This document shows positions 62,329-64,000 of a stretch of 64,000 nt of DNA, piece after piece. The first letter of the stretch is position 1. Each line of letters opens with the position of its first letter. The position numbers were made by a program, and so were the translations under genes. The notes below the pieces were generated by a model. That model was not told where the DNA came from, did not search any database, and was given only the letters and a program-made list of their open reading frames with translations. Source of the DNA: Acidobacteriota bacterium (GTDB lineage Bacteria; Acidobacteriota; Vicinamibacteria; Vicinamibacterales; UBA8438); contig WTFV01000076.1 of NCBI GenBank assembly GCA_011523845.1, positions 999 to 64,998 on the forward strand. The letters run 5' to 3'.

Positions 62329-62652
62329 ATGATCGTTGTGAGCGATGAGGAAATGGACCGCAGGGTCCGCGAGCTCGTGAACGAGTTGCGTCGAGCGTTG
62401 CAGGAAGCGGCGCTCGTCGCCCGGGACGTCCGGACTTTCCGGCGCGTCCTTGCGGGCATTGGCGCTCAGGCGCAGGAGCTGGCGCTTGCTGGCGAGAGCG
62501 GCCTGAGCAATGGGGAGTCTGTCGTCGAGCCCTGGCCGACGCATGACGAGTTCTGCGGGGTCCTGCGGCTCGATCGGCAGCTCCGTGAGCGGATCGACCA
62601 CCTTCGGGGTGACCTGCGACGGTTGGGGATCGGTCCGGATCTGTTCGAGTAG
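62329..62652 (+). CDS. Small helical hypothetical protein, divergent from the island operon
   Basis: MIVVSDEEMDRRVRELVNELRRALQEAALVARDVRTF... An overlapping minus-strand frame (62466..62783) also has high GC3, so the call is tentative. Confidence 0.45.
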   Translation: MIVVSDEEMDRRVRELVNELRRALQEAALVARDVRTFRRVLAGIGAQAQELALAGESGLSNGESVVEPWPTHDEFCGVLRLDRQLRERIDHLRGDLRRLGIGPDLFE

Positions 62653-63014
62653 CTGCGGTCGTTTCCGAGGACGAGGTCGCATTCCCCGGAGGCGTTCAGG
62701 ACCGTCCGGACTTCCAGGTCTTCGGGGATTCCGTATCCGCTGATCCGGATCCGGGGCGGACTCGCCGTGCGCGTGAACCTCACGCACGCCTCGTGCGGCC
62801 TGCACCGCGTGACGGCGAACCCGGTGTCGCCGGTCGTGTTCGAGCTTGAACTTCGCCGTCGTCTCCAGCCGGTTGCGGGCGTCGGTGTCTTGCTCTGCCG
62901 CTTCGCGGAGCTCGAGGAACGGGGCGGCGACGCCGCACCTCAACCGGGCCTCGACCCAGTCGAAGCCGTCTGCTTGCCGCGGCGCTGCTGGTGCAAGCTC
63001 TTCCTGTGCTCATC

Positions 63015-63494
63015 ATGCGTGTTTCCGTTCTGCCGGCGCTGTGCGCCTCTCTCGGTGTCCTTCATCCGCCGCCGGCCCTGGCCCAGCCTCCGGCTGCGGA
63101 GCTGCCGTACGGCGAACTGGTCGCGGAAGCGGCCGCCCGGTACCGGGTGGATCCGCTGCTCGTGCATGCGATGATCGCGGTCGAGTCGGAGCATCGGCCC
63201 GATGCGGTTTCGGCGGACGGGGCGCAGGGCCTGATGCAGCTGATGCCGCGCACCGCGCGGATGCTGGGGGTCTCGGACCCGTTCGACCCGCGGGCCAACG
63301 TCGAGGGCGGGGTTGCATACCTGCGGCGGCTGGCGGACGAGTTCGGGACGGTGCTGGCGCTGGCCGCCTACAATGCCGGGCCGGGCGTGGTGCGCGAGCA
63401 CGGCGGGGTGCCCCCGTTCCCGGAGACGCACGGGTACGTGCGCTCGGTGCTGCTGGGGCTCATTCGGCTCCGGGCCGGGTTTCCGGCGCGGTGA
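63015..63494 (+). CDS. SLT-domain lytic transglycosylase with a signal peptide
   Basis: MRVSVLPALCASLGVLHPPPALAQ. Then ...LVHAMIAVESEHRPDAVSADGAQGLMQLMPRTA... and ...ALAAYNAGPG... Confidence 0.85.
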   Translation: MRVSVLPALCASLGVLHPPPALAQPPAAELPYGELVAEAAARYRVDPLLVHAMIAVESEHRPDAVSADGAQGLMQLMPRTARMLGVSDPFDPRANVEGGVAYLRRLADEFGTVLALAAYNAGPGVVREHGGVPPFPETHGYVRSVLLGLIRLRAGFPAR

Positions 63495-63575
63495 TCGCGG
63501 CCAGCCGTTCCAGTTGGCTCCGGCGCCCGGGGCGGGCCGCTCTTGCGGGCGTTTCCCCGCCCAGCGTCTCCGCTG

Positions 63576-64000
63576 TCAGGAGCCGTCCTGGCCGCCGTGC
63601 TCCGCGTTGTAGAGCGCCTTGACGTGCTCGAGCAGTCCGCGGCGGTCTCCCTGGAACTGCTTGCGCAGCGCGGTCTGTTCTCCGGCGCTGAGCTTCAACG
63701 CGCGCATGCCGTCGTTGATGAGCTTCTCCACCTTGTTGTCGGCGGGCGGCCGGGCCTGCTGGCTGCCGGTTGCCTCGCTGGAAGGCGCCTCGTCGGCGGG
63801 CGGATCCTGAGCCGGTCCGGACGCGCCGCCGCTGGCTGCTCCATCGCCGCGGGACTTCGCGGCGTTGCGGCGGTTCAGCTCCTCGGTGGTGCGCCGCAGC
63901 AGCTCGTTCGCGTCCGTGCACTGCTTGCGCAGCTTGTCGGCGACGTCCTTGGGGAGCTTCGCCAGCAGCGCGTCAGTGCGGTTGGCCAGCTGTTCGGCCC
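63576..64000 (-). CDS. Coiled-coil hypothetical protein, C-terminal 140 codons; the start lies beyond the window end
   Basis: Not in the track because it runs off the edge. The minus-strand frame reads AEQLANRTDALLAKLPKDVADKLRKQCTDANELLRRTTEELNRRNAAK...VEKLINDGMRALKLSAGEQTALRKQFQGDRRGLLEHVKALYNAEHGGQDGS, with a stop at 63576-63578. GC3 is very high. Confidence 0.7.
   Translation of the reverse strand, partial: AEQLANRTDALLAKLPKDVADKLRKQCTDANELLRRTTEELNRRNAAKSRGDGAASGGASGPAQDPPADEAPSSEATGSQQARPPADNKVEKLINDGMRALKLSAGEQTALRKQFQGDRRGLLEHVKALYNAEHGGQDGS

Noticed and set aside
62466-62783. Minus-strand ORF (VRFTRTASPPRIRISGYGIPEDLEVRTVLNASGECDLVLGNDRSY...) with high GC3
   Set aside because: It conflicts with the + strand helical ORF 62329..62652, and its upstream region becomes WRRRRSSSS junk. 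I could not decide between the two, so I kept the + ORF at low confidence only.
1-64000. tRNA, rRNA, integrase, cas and reverse-transcriptase genes
   Set aside because: Scanning both strands for T-loop-like GGTTCGAATCC strings, recombinase R..H..R..Y endings, Cas signatures and YxDD motifs found nothing convincing. Absence is by eye only and should be confirmed with tRNAscan-SE, Infernal and HMM searches.

Overview
About 70% GC DNA from a diderm bacterium: it encodes TonB-dependent receptors, an autotransporter and an RND pump. At this GC content most long track ORFs are antisense or out-of-frame shadows. I called genes from recognisable motifs, signal peptides, third-position GC, RBS and stop/start overlaps. 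No homology search was possible, so every family name below is motif-level recognition, not a database hit.

The window has two parts.

(1) 1..~33.1 kb is chromosomal accessory DNA.
- A partial RND pump, an Sfp-type PPTase and a truncated TonB-receptor paralog.
- A fused AbiEii-like nucleotidyltransferase.
- A full TonB receptor followed by an RsbW-like kinase and a STAS-RDD fusion.
- A (GCCGAGC)x10 heptamer repeat.
- Lipoproteins, plus one intact and one truncated TnpB element in inverted orientation.
- A UvrD-family helicase and an internally deleted IS256-type transposase.
- A FN3/Calx-beta autotransporter.
- A single-polypeptide GAF-PAS-HK-REC-OmpR protein.
- Small secreted or membrane proteins and a DAACS symporter.

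(2) ~33.2..62.05 kb is a ~29 kb block of about 35 genes, all on the minus strand and many translationally coupled.
- Nucleotide metabolism: NrdJ and a two-domain ThyX.
- Two radical-SAM enzymes, one of them KamA-like.
- A T4 Rnl1-like RNA ligase, a metallophosphoesterase and a DUF1643-like protein.
- A 1102-aa protein with three DUF2493/SLOG domains plus DUF4326.
- A lower-GC split AbiEii-like cassette and an HTH-containing TA-like pair.
- A three-gene cassette of unknown protein, SLATT-like 2TM protein and GHKL ATPase.
- A cluster of 28-29 bp direct repeats at ~60 bp spacing that looks like a CRISPR mini-array or an iteron set.
- No integrase, capsid, cas, rRNA or tRNA gene was seen.
- Right of a divergent promoter lie a small helical protein, an SLT lytic transglycosylase and a partial coiled-coil gene.

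The block looks like a phage early region or the leading region of a conjugative element. The best candidates for something undescribed are the SLATT-like/GHKL cassette, the repeat cluster, the split-versus-fused AbiEii-like pair and the SLOG-rich giant protein operon.
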